From NCBI GenBank assembly GCA_023230565.1, contig JALNXD010000005.1, positions 1,169-65,168 on the forward strand: DNA of 64,000 nt, read 5' to 3'. Shown here one piece after another: positions 10,350 to 20,484 of the stretch (positions are counted from its first letter, which is position 1; the number at the start of each line of letters is the position of its first letter). The position numbers and the translations under genes were made by a program. The DNA comes from Syntrophales bacterium (GTDB taxonomy: Bacteria > Desulfobacterota > Syntrophia > Syntrophales > UBA2210). Below the pieces are notes generated by a model, which was not told the DNA's origin, searched no databases, and saw only the letters and a program-made list of their open reading frames with translations.

Positions 10350-10502
10350 TTGACAGCAGTCCATTTATCTGTTTAACAGATCGCGAAAAAACCGCTTGGA
10401 TCCTTAAGAGGGACTGGGACGGCAGGCACGTGCTCGAAGTTGAAGACTGACAAAGCCTTTCCGTCCTTCAGGCGGGAGGCTTTTTTTTTGTGATAAAAGG
10501 AA
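10350..10502 (+). promoter_or_regulatory. panCD leader with terminator/antiterminator potential (possible pan-motif-like cis-regulator or small RNA)
   Basis: TTGACA lies at 10350-10355 with a weak -10 (TTAACA, 10373-10378). GGACGGCAGGC (10417-10427) can pair with GCCTTTCCGTCC (10455-10466), which is also the 5' arm of the terminator hairpin. Confidence 0.35.
10455..10489 (+). terminator. intrinsic terminator-like hairpin plus T9 tract, 13 nt upstream of the panC ATG
   Basis: GCCTTTC (10455-10461) pairs with GGGAGGC (10474-10480) and is followed by nine T (10481-10489). Confidence 0.55.
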
Positions 10503-11363
10503 ATGGAAATTTTTAAAAGCGCCAAAAAACTTCAGAGCCACTGTGAGTCGCTGAGACTTGGAGGAAAACGTATCTCTTTTGTGCCTACGATGGGCTATCT
10601 CCATGAGGGTCATTTGAATCTGATGCGAGAAGGCAAAAAATTCGGAGATTATCTCATAATAAGCATATTCGTAAATCCGGCTCAGTTCGGGCCACATGAA
10701 GATCTGGAAAAATATCCGAGGGATTTTGTCAGAGATGAGAAACTCGCTTCAACCGCAGGAGTGGATGCGATTTTTTATCCTGAAAACGAGGAGATGTATC
10801 CGCCGAATTACCAGACCTACGTAACGGTGGAAAAAGTGACACAAAATCTCTGCGGTCAGTCGAGACCGATACATTTCAGGGGTGTTGCAACAATTTGTGC
10901 AAAACTTTTCAATATCGTCAAGCCCCATACCGCGATATTTGGAAAGAAGGATTTTCAGCAGCTGGTGACGATACAGCGGATGGTAAACGACCTGAATATG
11001 GATCTTGCTGTTGTCGGTATCGATACGACAAGGGAAGACGACGGCCTTGCGATGAGTTCGCGAAATGCCTATCTGAAAAAAGACGAGCGCGAATCAGCGC
11101 TGAGTTTAAGCCGGTCTCTTATAAAGGGAAAAGAAATGTATGATGCCGGTGAAAGGAATGCAGGGGTAATTATAAAGAAATTGACTGAATTCATTGCTTC
11201 CCATACCAGTACAAAAATCGATTATGTAAAAATCTGTGATACTGAGAATTTGGAAGATATTGATATTTTAAGCAATAAATCCGTACTGGCATTAGCCGTG
11301 TGGGTGGGGTCAACTCGCCTGATAGATAATTATGTTTTTGGCGAGCCCCTAAATATAAAGTAA
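10503..11363 (+). CDS. panC: pantoate--beta-alanine ligase
   Basis: 286-aa ORF with PTMGYLHEGHLNLM (the HIGH-like motif of PanC) and an FGKKDFQQ motif. Confidence 0.93.
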   Translation: MEIFKSAKKLQSHCESLRLGGKRISFVPTMGYLHEGHLNLMREGKKFGDYLIISIFVNPAQFGPHEDLEKYPRDFVRDEKLASTAGVDAIFYPENEEMYPPNYQTYVTVEKVTQNLCGQSRPIHFRGVATICAKLFNIVKPHTAIFGKKDFQQLVTIQRMVNDLNMDLAVVGIDTTREDDGLAMSSRNAYLKKDERESALSLSRSLIKGKEMYDAGERNAGVIIKKLTEFIASHTSTKIDYVKICDTENLEDIDILSNKSVLALAVWVGSTRLIDNYVFGEPLNIK

Positions 11364-11379
11364 AGGATGGGTATGAAAA

Positions 11380-11736
11380 ATGCAGCGGAGCATGCTAAAA
11401 TCAAAACTTCATAGAGCAACCGTAACGGATGCGCAATTACATTATGAGGGTAGCGTCACTATCGATTTGGATTTGATGGAAGCAGCCGATATTCTTCCAT
11501 ATGAAGAAGTGGACATTTATAATGTTTCAAATGGGGAACGCTTTTCAACCTATGTGATCAAAGGAAAAAGAGGGTCGGGAGTAATTTGTCTGAACGGCGC
11601 TGCGGCGAGAAAAGCTGCAAAGGGAGATCTTGTTATAATTGCAAGCTATGTCATGGTTGATAACTCAGAGGCAAAAGACTGGTCTGTGAAATGTTTTTTA
11701 CTTGATGAGCACAATAAGATAAAAAGAAGGGCTTAG
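11380..11736 (+). CDS. panD: aspartate 1-decarboxylase (pyruvoyl-dependent)
   Basis: 118-aa ORF close to E. coli PanD ([22 protein letters not shown]) with the Gly-Ser self-processing site. Confidence 0.93.
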   Translation: MQRSMLKSKLHRATVTDAQLHYEGSVTIDLDLMEAADILPYEEVDIYNVSNGERFSTYVIKGKRGSGVICLNGAAARKAAKGDLVIIASYVMVDNSEAKDWSVKCFLLDEHNKIKRRA

Positions 11737-11771
11737 AGGGATATAGCGGGCTAACTAATTGCATCTAAACA

Positions 11772-11799
11772 GGGGTGACGGTTCAGTGCACCCCTTTTT
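11772..11799 (+). terminator. intrinsic terminator after panD
   Basis: GGGGTG...CACCCC stem followed by TTTTT. Confidence 0.7.
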
Positions 11800-11876
11800 C
11801 ATTTATTGAAATACCGATTGATTTCTGATATGAAAGCACGCGCGTACGGGATAGCAATGTAATTGCCGGTATATTA

Positions 11877-12527
11877 ATGAAAAATAAAATCAAAAAAATA
11901 TTCTTGACAGGGATAGTAGCGATTATTCCTATTGGTGTTACGGTTTACATTCTCATTTTCCTTGTGAGAGTAATGGGAAAACTTGTAAAAGTAATTCCTC
12001 CCAAATTCCATCCCGACCAATTATTTCCATTCCATATTCCCGGTCTGGATGTTGTTATTACGATTATTTTAATTTTCTTGATTGGGCTTGTTACAAAAAG
12101 CTATATTGGAAATAAACTGGTAGAGTGGGGTGAATTCTTCCTGGGCAAAATCCCGGTTGTAAGAACTATTTATACAGGTGTGAAAACACTCGTGGAAGCT
12201 ATATTTGGTGATAAAAGCCAAAGCTTCAAACGAGTTGTCATCATAGAGTATCCAAGAAAAGGTTTGTATTCGGTTGCATTTGTTACAGGAGTAAGTTCTG
12301 GTGAGATGCAGGAAAAAACGACTCAGCACTGCATAAATATTTTTCTTCCAACAACTCCGAATCCTACGTCAGGATTTTACTTGATGGTGCCTGAGACTGA
12401 TGTAATAGACCTCGATATGAGTGTAGATGAAGCATTCACTCTGATAATATCGGGAGGGGTCTTTACGCCTGAAAAATCGATGAGAGAAGAAAAGGCAAAG
12501 GAGATGATACATGCTGATAACATCTGA
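11877..12527 (+). CDS. DUF502-family membrane protein
   Basis: 216-aa ORF with two N-terminal TM helices and a layout typical of DUF502 proteins. Its end overlaps the metK start by 17 nt. Confidence 0.65.
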   Translation: MKNKIKKIFLTGIVAIIPIGVTVYILIFLVRVMGKLVKVIPPKFHPDQLFPFHIPGLDVVITIILIFLIGLVTKSYIGNKLVEWGEFFLGKIPVVRTIYTGVKTLVEAIFGDKSQSFKRVVIIEYPRKGLYSVAFVTGVSSGEMQEKTTQHCINIFLPTTPNPTSGFYLMVPETDVIDLDMSVDEAFTLIISGGVFTPEKSMREEKAKEMIHADNI

Positions 12528-13686
12528 AGCAGTAAAGGTAGGACATCCTGATATCGTTGCCGATACAATAGCTGCGCATATCATTGCAAAGATACTGGAT
12601 GAAGAACACAAAGTCGGAATGGATGTAAACACAATGCCTCATTGCGGACTCGAAGTATTTCTGGGGAAGGGATTTTGCATAGTAGGCGGTGAGGTATCAA
12701 CAAGAGTTTATATCGACATAGAAAAGTCATTGCGCCAGACAGTGCTTTCAATCGGCTACAATGATGCTGCAGTTGGTCTTAACGGCCATTCCATGGGTGT
12801 CTTCAATGCCATCATTCCGCAATCCCCTAACATTAATATGGGCACAAGGGCAGATCTCGGGAAATACAAGGAAATAGGAGCGGGAGACCAGGGAATCATG
12901 TATGGATTTGCCATTAATGAAACTCCTGAATTCATGCCTCTTCCTTTTGTTCTGGCGAATCGGATGATGAGGGCCTTTGAAGAATGTAATGATCCAATCT
13001 TTGCGCCGGATGGTAAAGGCCAAATTACCGTCGATTACGACGAAGAAGGAAAACCTGTGCGTGTAGCGAAGGTACTGATGTCCAATGCTATCGATTACAG
13101 GCATGTCGCAGAGAGCGGAGAAATAGAGAGCGCAGCACAAAAGATCGCCTTTGAGTGTCTCGCTGATTGGATAGACTCCAAGACTGAATTTATGTTCAAT
13201 CCAACAGGGGAATGGCAAGCGGTTCATTCATGCAGTGCCGCCGATTCCGGAGTTACAGGACGGAAACTTGTCTGTCAGCTTTACGGTGCCTTCCCGGGTG
13301 CCCAGCTGGGAGGAGGCGCAATTGTCAATAAAACACCGGAAAAAGTAGATTGTTCAGCCGTTTTCGGATCCCGTTATGCAGCAAAAAATATAGTTGCTGC
13401 GGGACTTGCCAGGAAGTGCTCCATTCAACTTGCATATGCAATTGGTATGGCGAAACCGATGTCTGTGTATGTGGACACGTTCGGAACCGGCATTATTCCC
13501 GATTGCAAAATTTCGGAAGCGGTAGAAAACGTTTTTGATTTTACACCGAAAGGAATGATTGAAAAATTCGATCTTCTCAATGGCGATATTTACCGCAAGA
13601 TTGTAAAAAATCTGTTTCTTGCTGAAGATTTTGCATGGGAGAAAATCGATATGGTCGATGTGCTGAAAAGAGAGGCTGGTATATAA
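12511..13686 (+). CDS. metK: S-adenosylmethionine synthetase (divergent)
   Basis: 391-aa ORF with the MetK motifs GHPD, GAGDQGIMYGFA, TGRK and YAAKNIVAAGLA. Several canonical motifs are altered (see findings). Confidence 0.85.
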   Translation: MLITSEAVKVGHPDIVADTIAAHIIAKILDEEHKVGMDVNTMPHCGLEVFLGKGFCIVGGEVSTRVYIDIEKSLRQTVLSIGYNDAAVGLNGHSMGVFNAIIPQSPNINMGTRADLGKYKEIGAGDQGIMYGFAINETPEFMPLPFVLANRMMRAFEECNDPIFAPDGKGQITVDYDEEGKPVRVAKVLMSNAIDYRHVAESGEIESAAQKIAFECLADWIDSKTEFMFNPTGEWQAVHSCSAADSGVTGRKLVCQLYGAFPGAQLGGGAIVNKTPEKVDCSAVFGSRYAAKNIVAAGLARKCSIQLAYAIGMAKPMSVYVDTFGTGIIPDCKISEAVENVFDFTPKGMIEKFDLLNGDIYRKIVKNLFLAEDFAWEKIDMVDVLKREAGI

Positions 13687-14943
<1,257 letters not shown>

Positions 14944-14969
14944 GAAGGAAGAATAGAATAAATTTATCG

Positions 14970-14994
14970 GGGGATACGAACAGTATCCCCTTTT
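14970..14994 (+). terminator. intrinsic terminator after ahcY
   Basis: GGGGATAC/GTATCCCC 8-bp stem with a 5-nt loop, followed by TTTT. It lies in a convergent gap with lptG. Confidence 0.7.
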
Positions 14995-15028
14995 ACGTAC
15001 GCCACATTCTCATGCCTGCGGTTTTGGG

Positions 15029-16111
15029 TCAGGTTCGTATTCGCATAAGCATTCCTATTGATAAAAGGCCAAAAATTATATTGGCAGCCCATGCGGAAAA
15101 AAATGGTGAAAGAGCGCCGGACCGCCCCAAAGAGATGCTGAATGCAAAAACAATCCAGTAGGAAAGGCCGATGATTACCCCAATCCCTATACTTTGAGCT
15201 ATGCCTCCGCTTCTTTCCGATCTGCAGGAAAAACATAGACCTAAAACCGCAAGAAATACACTCACAAGTGGAAAGGCTATTTTGCCATGCAAATCAGTAA
15301 GATAACGGGTAGCATCATACCCCTCTGCCTGAAGCTTTGCGATATATTCTTTAAGTTCTCCGAAACCCATTTCATCGGTATCTTTCTGCACGATCAGAAA
15401 ATCTGCCGGTTTTTCCGGTATATCGATCACAGATGATGTGATCTTATTGATTAAAGGGAAACCATCTTCCGGAAACGTGGTGATAAGAAGATTATGAAAT
15501 ATCCATTTCCCGTTTTTCCAATAAGCTTCTTTCGCGTCTATTCTTTTGACAAGATTCATATCATGATCTAGATAGCTTATTCGAATACCTCGCAAAATTC
15601 CTCTGACCGGATCGAATACTGCAATATTATAAATAGCTTTTTTCCCACGATACCATATTTCGTTTTGAGTAAATGTTCCCAGCTGTTGACGCTTTTGTAT
15701 CTCTATGAGTTTTATATGTTTTACTTTTTGATTTGAATGAGGAGTTGCCAATTCACTTACGAGAAACGAAAAGAAGGCAATTCCGACAGATGCAGCGATT
15801 ATCGATAAAGAAGACCGGTAGAGGCTGATTCCGTTTGCTTTCAATGCCGTCAATTCGCTGTTCTTCGAAAGAATACCGAATGTAACAAGAGAAGAAAGCA
15901 GGACGCTGATCGGTATCATTTGTGTAACAATAGTGGGAATGCTGAATATAAAATACGCTGCTATTTGCGAAAAAGTGGCTTTATTGCTTACAAACATCCG
16001 GATCCGCTCAAAAAAATCGACTATAAGATACAATGCCGCAAGCGATATTATTATAAGGCAGAAAGTTCGCAAAAATTCTTTTAATATATAGCGGTCAATT
16101 ACACTCATCAT
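15029..16111 (-). CDS. lptG: LPS export ABC transporter permease
   Basis: 360-aa YjgP/YjgQ-family ORF (MMSVIDRYILKEFL...). It is the second gene of an overlapping lptF-lptG pair. Confidence 0.8.
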   Translation of the reverse strand: MMSVIDRYILKEFLRTFCLIIISLAALYLIVDFFERIRMFVSNKATFSQIAAYFIFSIPTIVTQMIPISVLLSSLVTFGILSKNSELTALKANGISLYRSSLSIIAASVGIAFFSFLVSELATPHSNQKVKHIKLIEIQKRQQLGTFTQNEIWYRGKKAIYNIAVFDPVRGILRGIRISYLDHDMNLVKRIDAKEAYWKNGKWIFHNLLITTFPEDGFPLINKITSSVIDIPEKPADFLIVQKDTDEMGFGELKEYIAKLQAEGYDATRYLTDLHGKIAFPLVSVFLAVLGLCFSCRSERSGGIAQSIGIGVIIGLSYWIVFAFSISLGRSGALSPFFSAWAANIIFGLLSIGMLMRIRT

Positions 16112-17306
16112 TTACGTTTTTACAGGTCTTCTTGCCGGATTCTTTTTGCGCTCTCCTGTGTGTGATCGCACTAAGGATTTCTAGCGGCAACACGCTACGT
16201 TCTTTGGCAGCTGTGGTTAACAAATATATGCCGATTGCTCCCATTGCAAGAGGGGGTAACCATATACCCAGAAAAACCGGTATCTTTCCAGTTTCACCCA
16301 TGGCTTGCCCCCATAATTGAAGAGCATAATAGATTATGACAATGACAAGCCCCACTATGAAACCGCGTGATTTGGCTGTTCTGTTTTTTACTAATGAAAG
16401 AGGAAGTGCAAGAAGACCGAAGACCAGACAAGACAGCGGAAGAGTAAATTTTTTATGAAGTTCTATCCGGTACTCTCGTTTCTGTTTTTCATCGATATTA
16501 AGCCTTTTCGAATCCTGGAAGAGTTCTGTGAGTGTCATTTCTTTGCTGTCTTTTGGTTCTCCTTTTTTATTACCTTGAAACGTACTTGTCAAATTGAGGA
16601 ATACATCATAGGAACTGAAATCCATTTTTTTATAGGTTTTAAGATCAGTCCCCACCGTATGTGTGCTTCCATTTTCGAGACGAAGAATGACTCCAGCCAA
16701 TTGTGGATCCGTTATAAGATAGCCGCGTTTTGCTACTATTGTTGTCGGCTCGGCAGATAAACGGTTATCGGAGATAAAAAGTCCTTCCATACGAGTTCCG
16801 TCAACCGGTATTTTATCCGCATACAGGATTATGCCTTCAAAAGTATCATTGAATATCTTTTCCTTGATGCCGATTCCGGCGTTTTGTTTTGCCATATCGA
16901 TGAGAAAAAATTTGGTTGCGCTGTTTCCCAGGGGCGCTAAATAGATTCCCGTTACAGCAGTTGCGACAAAAGCAGCTACCGAGAAGACTGCTACAGGAGG
17001 TATAAGCTGGTAAAGGCTTATGCCTGCGGATTTCATTACGAGAATTTCATTGTCTCTTGAAAGTCTTCCCAAGCTTATAAGTATTGCAATGAGAAGGGAA
17101 ATGGGAATGGTAATTACAAAAAAAGAGGGCATGAGAAACAGTATAAGCTGCGCAATAGTAAAAACGCCTACACCCTTGTTGACCACGAGGTCCATAAGCT
17201 GCAGGAGCCTGCCCATGAGAAGGACAAACGTAAGGATCAGGAGAATCAAAAAAAACGGATACAAAATTTCCCTGAAAATATATTTAGTTAATAAACGGTT
17301 TTTCAT
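16095..17306 (-). CDS. lptF: LPS export ABC transporter permease
   Basis: YjgP/YjgQ family (MKNRLLTKYIFREILYPFF). The ORF extends to 17339, but the ATG at 17306 gives the family-typical N-terminus. The start is uncertain. Confidence 0.78.
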   Translation of the reverse strand: MKNRLLTKYIFREILYPFFLILLILTFVLLMGRLLQLMDLVVNKGVGVFTIAQLILFLMPSFFVITIPISLLIAILISLGRLSRDNEILVMKSAGISLYQLIPPVAVFSVAAFVATAVTGIYLAPLGNSATKFFLIDMAKQNAGIGIKEKIFNDTFEGIILYADKIPVDGTRMEGLFISDNRLSAEPTTIVAKRGYLITDPQLAGVILRLENGSTHTVGTDLKTYKKMDFSSYDVFLNLTSTFQGNKKGEPKDSKEMTLTELFQDSKRLNIDEKQKREYRIELHKKFTLPLSCLVFGLLALPLSLVKNRTAKSRGFIVGLVIVIIYYALQLWGQAMGETGKIPVFLGIWLPPLAMGAIGIYLLTTAAKERSVLPLEILSAITHRRAQKESGKKTCKNVNDECN

Positions 17307-17449
17307 TGTCTCTGCGATAAATACTGTTTTAAAGTCCATTAGTATATAACAGCAATTTGCCCGAGGTTCAATGTTTCTTAATTTGACCTTTCATTCTAAA
17401 TTTGCTAAATGCAGATGTTTCCAAAGTAAATATCTGAGAGGTTTTGCCC

Positions 17450-18103
17450 GTGATAGATCTTCATACCCATTCTTTGATGAGCGATGGTGAACTGATTCCG
17501 TCGGAACTTGTGAGAAGAGCGGTAATTGCAGGATATCGGGCAATTGCTATTACTGATCATGCCGACCATTCTAATTACGATTTCATTATTCCACGGGTAA
17601 TAAACGTATGCAGACGCCTGTCAAAATCCTGTAACATAGTCGCGATTCCGGGTGTTGAGCTGACCCATGTGCATCCCGGTGATATCCCGGACATCGCAAA
17701 AGAATCAAGATCTCTCGGAGCGAAAATCATTGTTGTACATGGTGAAACGATTGTTGAACCGGTGATTCCGGGAACAAACCGTGCCGCCCTTCACTCGGAT
17801 ATAGATATACTGGCCCATCCGGGATTTCTGAGTCGTGAAGACGCGGGACTTGCAGCAGAAAGAGGTATTCATATTGAAATTACTGCAAGGAGAGGGCACT
17901 GTCTTACAAATGGACATGTCGCCTCTGTAGCTAGAAAAAGTGGTGCACTCTTGCTGATAAATTCAGACAGTCATTCACCGGGGGATCTTGTGAGCAAAGA
18001 ATTTGCGAGGAAGATTGCTGCCGGTGCCGGTCTTGTGGATAAGGAAATCGCTGTTGCATTTAGGAATGCTGAAATATTAAGCGGCATAGCCGGTAAGTCA
18101 TGA
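17450..18103 (+). CDS. PHP-domain phosphoesterase (histidinol-phosphatase-like)
   Basis: IDLHTHSLMSDG and later HxH/D motifs indicate a PHP fold. GTG 17450 sits 8 nt after GAGAGG; the listed TTG 17444 is an alternative start. Confidence 0.7.
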   Translation: MIDLHTHSLMSDGELIPSELVRRAVIAGYRAIAITDHADHSNYDFIIPRVINVCRRLSKSCNIVAIPGVELTHVHPGDIPDIAKESRSLGAKIIVVHGETIVEPVIPGTNRAALHSDIDILAHPGFLSREDAGLAAERGIHIEITARRGHCLTNGHVASVARKSGALLLINSDSHSPGDLVSKEFARKIAAGAGLVDKEIAVAFRNAEILSGIAGKS

Positions 18104-18819
18104 AGGCTGTGTTTCTATCGGACGCCCATCTAATCCGTGAACGGGGCAAAAACTATTTAGATGTGCTTGACTTTTTGGACAGGAGTAAATGGGAGCTTTC
18201 TCATCTTTTTATAGTCGGTGATTTTTTTGATTTCTGGTTTTGTGATAGCGGCAATTTTTATCCTGAATTTGGCAAAATGATAGATAAACTTCTTGAATTA
18301 AAAAAAGCAGGCACTGCAGTCGCACTATTTGAAGGAAACCATGATTTTTTTATGACAGATTTTTTTGAAAGATACGGTATTCAAGTATTTCCTGATGATG
18401 CGGTTGTCGATCTGGAGGGGAAAAAATGCTTTATCTCACATGGCGACAGGATAGACACTTCCAACAAAGGATATCTTTTGTTGCGGCGCATCTTGAGGAG
18501 CTCTACTTTTTACAAAATTCAGAAAATTACGCCTTCTAATGTCTTATGGCGTATAGCGGCTGTCAGTTCGCGGACCAGCAAGAATTACTTCGCGAAACCT
18601 CCGGAAGGTCTCATAAAAAAAATGAGGAGTTTTGCGTTAAAAAAATTTGAAAAAAATATCGATGCTGTGATACTAGGTCACACCCACGAGGCTTTAATGG
18701 AAGAATATAGCATAAATGGGAGTTCCCGAATTTTCGTGTTATTAGGAGACTGGATCAATCGATATTCATATCTGAGCTACAAAAATGGGCAGTTTCAACT
18801 CATGAGATATAACGGATAG
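18100..18819 (+). CDS. lpxH: UDP-2,3-diacylglucosamine diphosphatase-like metallophosphoesterase
   Basis: 239-aa ORF with the motif series SDAHL / VGDFFDFW / GNHDF / HGD / GHTH arranged as in LpxH. It overlaps the upstream gene by 4 nt. Confidence 0.7.
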   Translation: MKAVFLSDAHLIRERGKNYLDVLDFLDRSKWELSHLFIVGDFFDFWFCDSGNFYPEFGKMIDKLLELKKAGTAVALFEGNHDFFMTDFFERYGIQVFPDDAVVDLEGKKCFISHGDRIDTSNKGYLLLRRILRSSTFYKIQKITPSNVLWRIAAVSSRTSKNYFAKPPEGLIKKMRSFALKKFEKNIDAVILGHTHEALMEEYSINGSSRIFVLLGDWINRYSYLSYKNGQFQLMRYNG

Positions 18820-18874
18820 CAGTATCCAAGAAATATATGTGCTGCTGCAAAGTACACAAATGGCAATTTGAATC

Positions 18875-19753
18875 ATGAATTTTGGCGGAATAGAGGCACT
18901 GTACAGTTCGTTTGATGACTGCGTTTTCGCAGTTCTTCCTGTTCCTTACGATCTGACCTCCACCTACCAGGCCGGCTCTCGTAAAGGTCCTTCTGCGATA
19001 TTGGAGGCGTCGGCGAATATGGAACTCTATGATGAGGAATTGAAAACAGAAACTTATCGGTCAGGTATCCACACCCTGATGCCTCTCGAAATAGATGCTC
19101 GAGGTCCCCGCGAAATGATCGACAGGGTGAAACGTGCAACGGCAGAGCTGCTGAAACATGATAAAGTTCCTGTTGTTCTTGGGGGAGAACACACTGTTAC
19201 AATCGGTGCGGTTGAAGCAATGAAGGAATTTTATCCGGGAATATCAGTACTTCATCTGGACGCACACGCCGATATGAGAGATTCGTATCAGCAGACACGC
19301 TACAGCCACGCATGCGTAGCGAGGAGGCTTCACGAGATATGTCCTGTCGTCCAGGCAGGGATCAGGAGTATGAGCAGTGAAGAAGCTCATTTCCTGGAAC
19401 TTGAGAATATATGCAGTATGTCCCCGGAAGAAATGACTTCTCCCGATGTGATAAAGATGATAATGGGGGAGCTTACGACAGAGATATATGTATCAGTGGA
19501 TCTGGATGTATTCGATCCTTCGGTTATGCCGTCAACAGGGACTCCGGAACCCGGGGGGGTGCAGTGGAAGGATGTGATACGCCTGATAAGAGAAGTTTCA
19601 AACCACCGGATAATACGTGGTTTTGATATAGTGGAGTTGTGCCCTATACCTGGATTTGCCGCCCCGGATTTTATGGCAGCAAAGCTCACATATCGTATGA
19701 TGGGATATGTCAATAATTATAAAATTATCAATAATAAGGAGATACGCAATTGA
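18875..19753 (+). CDS. speB: agmatinase
   Basis: 292-aa ureohydrolase-fold ORF ([29 protein letters not shown]). Confidence 0.85.
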   Translation: MNFGGIEALYSSFDDCVFAVLPVPYDLTSTYQAGSRKGPSAILEASANMELYDEELKTETYRSGIHTLMPLEIDARGPREMIDRVKRATAELLKHDKVPVVLGGEHTVTIGAVEAMKEFYPGISVLHLDAHADMRDSYQQTRYSHACVARRLHEICPVVQAGIRSMSSEEAHFLELENICSMSPEEMTSPDVIKMIMGELTTEIYVSVDLDVFDPSVMPSTGTPEPGGVQWKDVIRLIREVSNHRIIRGFDIVELCPIPGFAAPDFMAAKLTYRMMGYVNNYKIINNKEIRN

Positions 19754-20298
19754 ATCCATTTGTCCCCAAAAAAATGTTTTTTACTAAAGGGGTTGGTTAT
19801 CATAAAGAAGAACTTCATTCATTCGAATTGGCATTGAGAGACGCCGGAATCGAGAAATGCAATTTGGTCAATGTCTCAAGCATATTTCCACCGGGTTGCA
19901 AGGTGATATCACGCCAAAAAGGTTTGCAGGAGCTGCAGACAGGCGGTATTACATTTGTTGTAATGAGCAGATGTTCGAGCAATGAACCACGGCGGCTGAT
20001 TGCCGCATCGGTCGGATGTGCAATTCCGACAGACCGAAATGCCTATGGGTATATCAGTGAGCATCATGCCTTCGGACAAACACAAAAACAGGCAGGCGAT
20101 TACGCAGAAGATCTCGCTGCAGCAATGCTTGCTTCAACATTGGGCATAGATTTCGATATAGACGCAAGTTGGGATGAAAAAGAAGAAATTTTTAAAATAA
20201 GCGGTAAGATAGTAAGAACAATGGAAATGACGCAGTCGGCTATTGCAAAAAATGCAGGATATACTTCGGTAGTGGCTGCGGCAGTGTTTCTCTTTTAG
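19750..20298 (+). CDS. pdaD: pyruvoyl-dependent arginine decarboxylase
   Basis: 182-aa ORF with the PdaD N-terminus ([11 protein letters not shown]...[11 protein letters not shown]), including the Ser-Ser self-cleavage site. It overlaps speB by 4 nt. Confidence 0.88.
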   Translation: MNPFVPKKMFFTKGVGYHKEELHSFELALRDAGIEKCNLVNVSSIFPPGCKVISRQKGLQELQTGGITFVVMSRCSSNEPRRLIAASVGCAIPTDRNAYGYISEHHAFGQTQKQAGDYAEDLAAAMLASTLGIDFDIDASWDEKEEIFKISGKIVRTMEMTQSAIAKNAGYTSVVAAAVFLF

Positions 20299-20484
20299 CA
20301 TTGCTTAAATTGCGCGGAAACTGCAAATGCAATTGCATCAGCTGCTTTCTGCGGTAATATATGCAAGATAAATTATAATTCGGCCGGATACAGACACCAT
20401 CACCGATTCAGACATACTGACGCCAGTTTAACCTGACATCTTGCAGGCCGTGGCCAAGATGGAAACAGGGAAAAGGGTGCCGGT

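Noticed and set aside
10404-10697. 97-aa minus-strand ORF overlapping the panC start and the leader.
   Set aside because: It overlaps the well-supported panC frame and the terminator hairpin, and I recognise no motifs in it.
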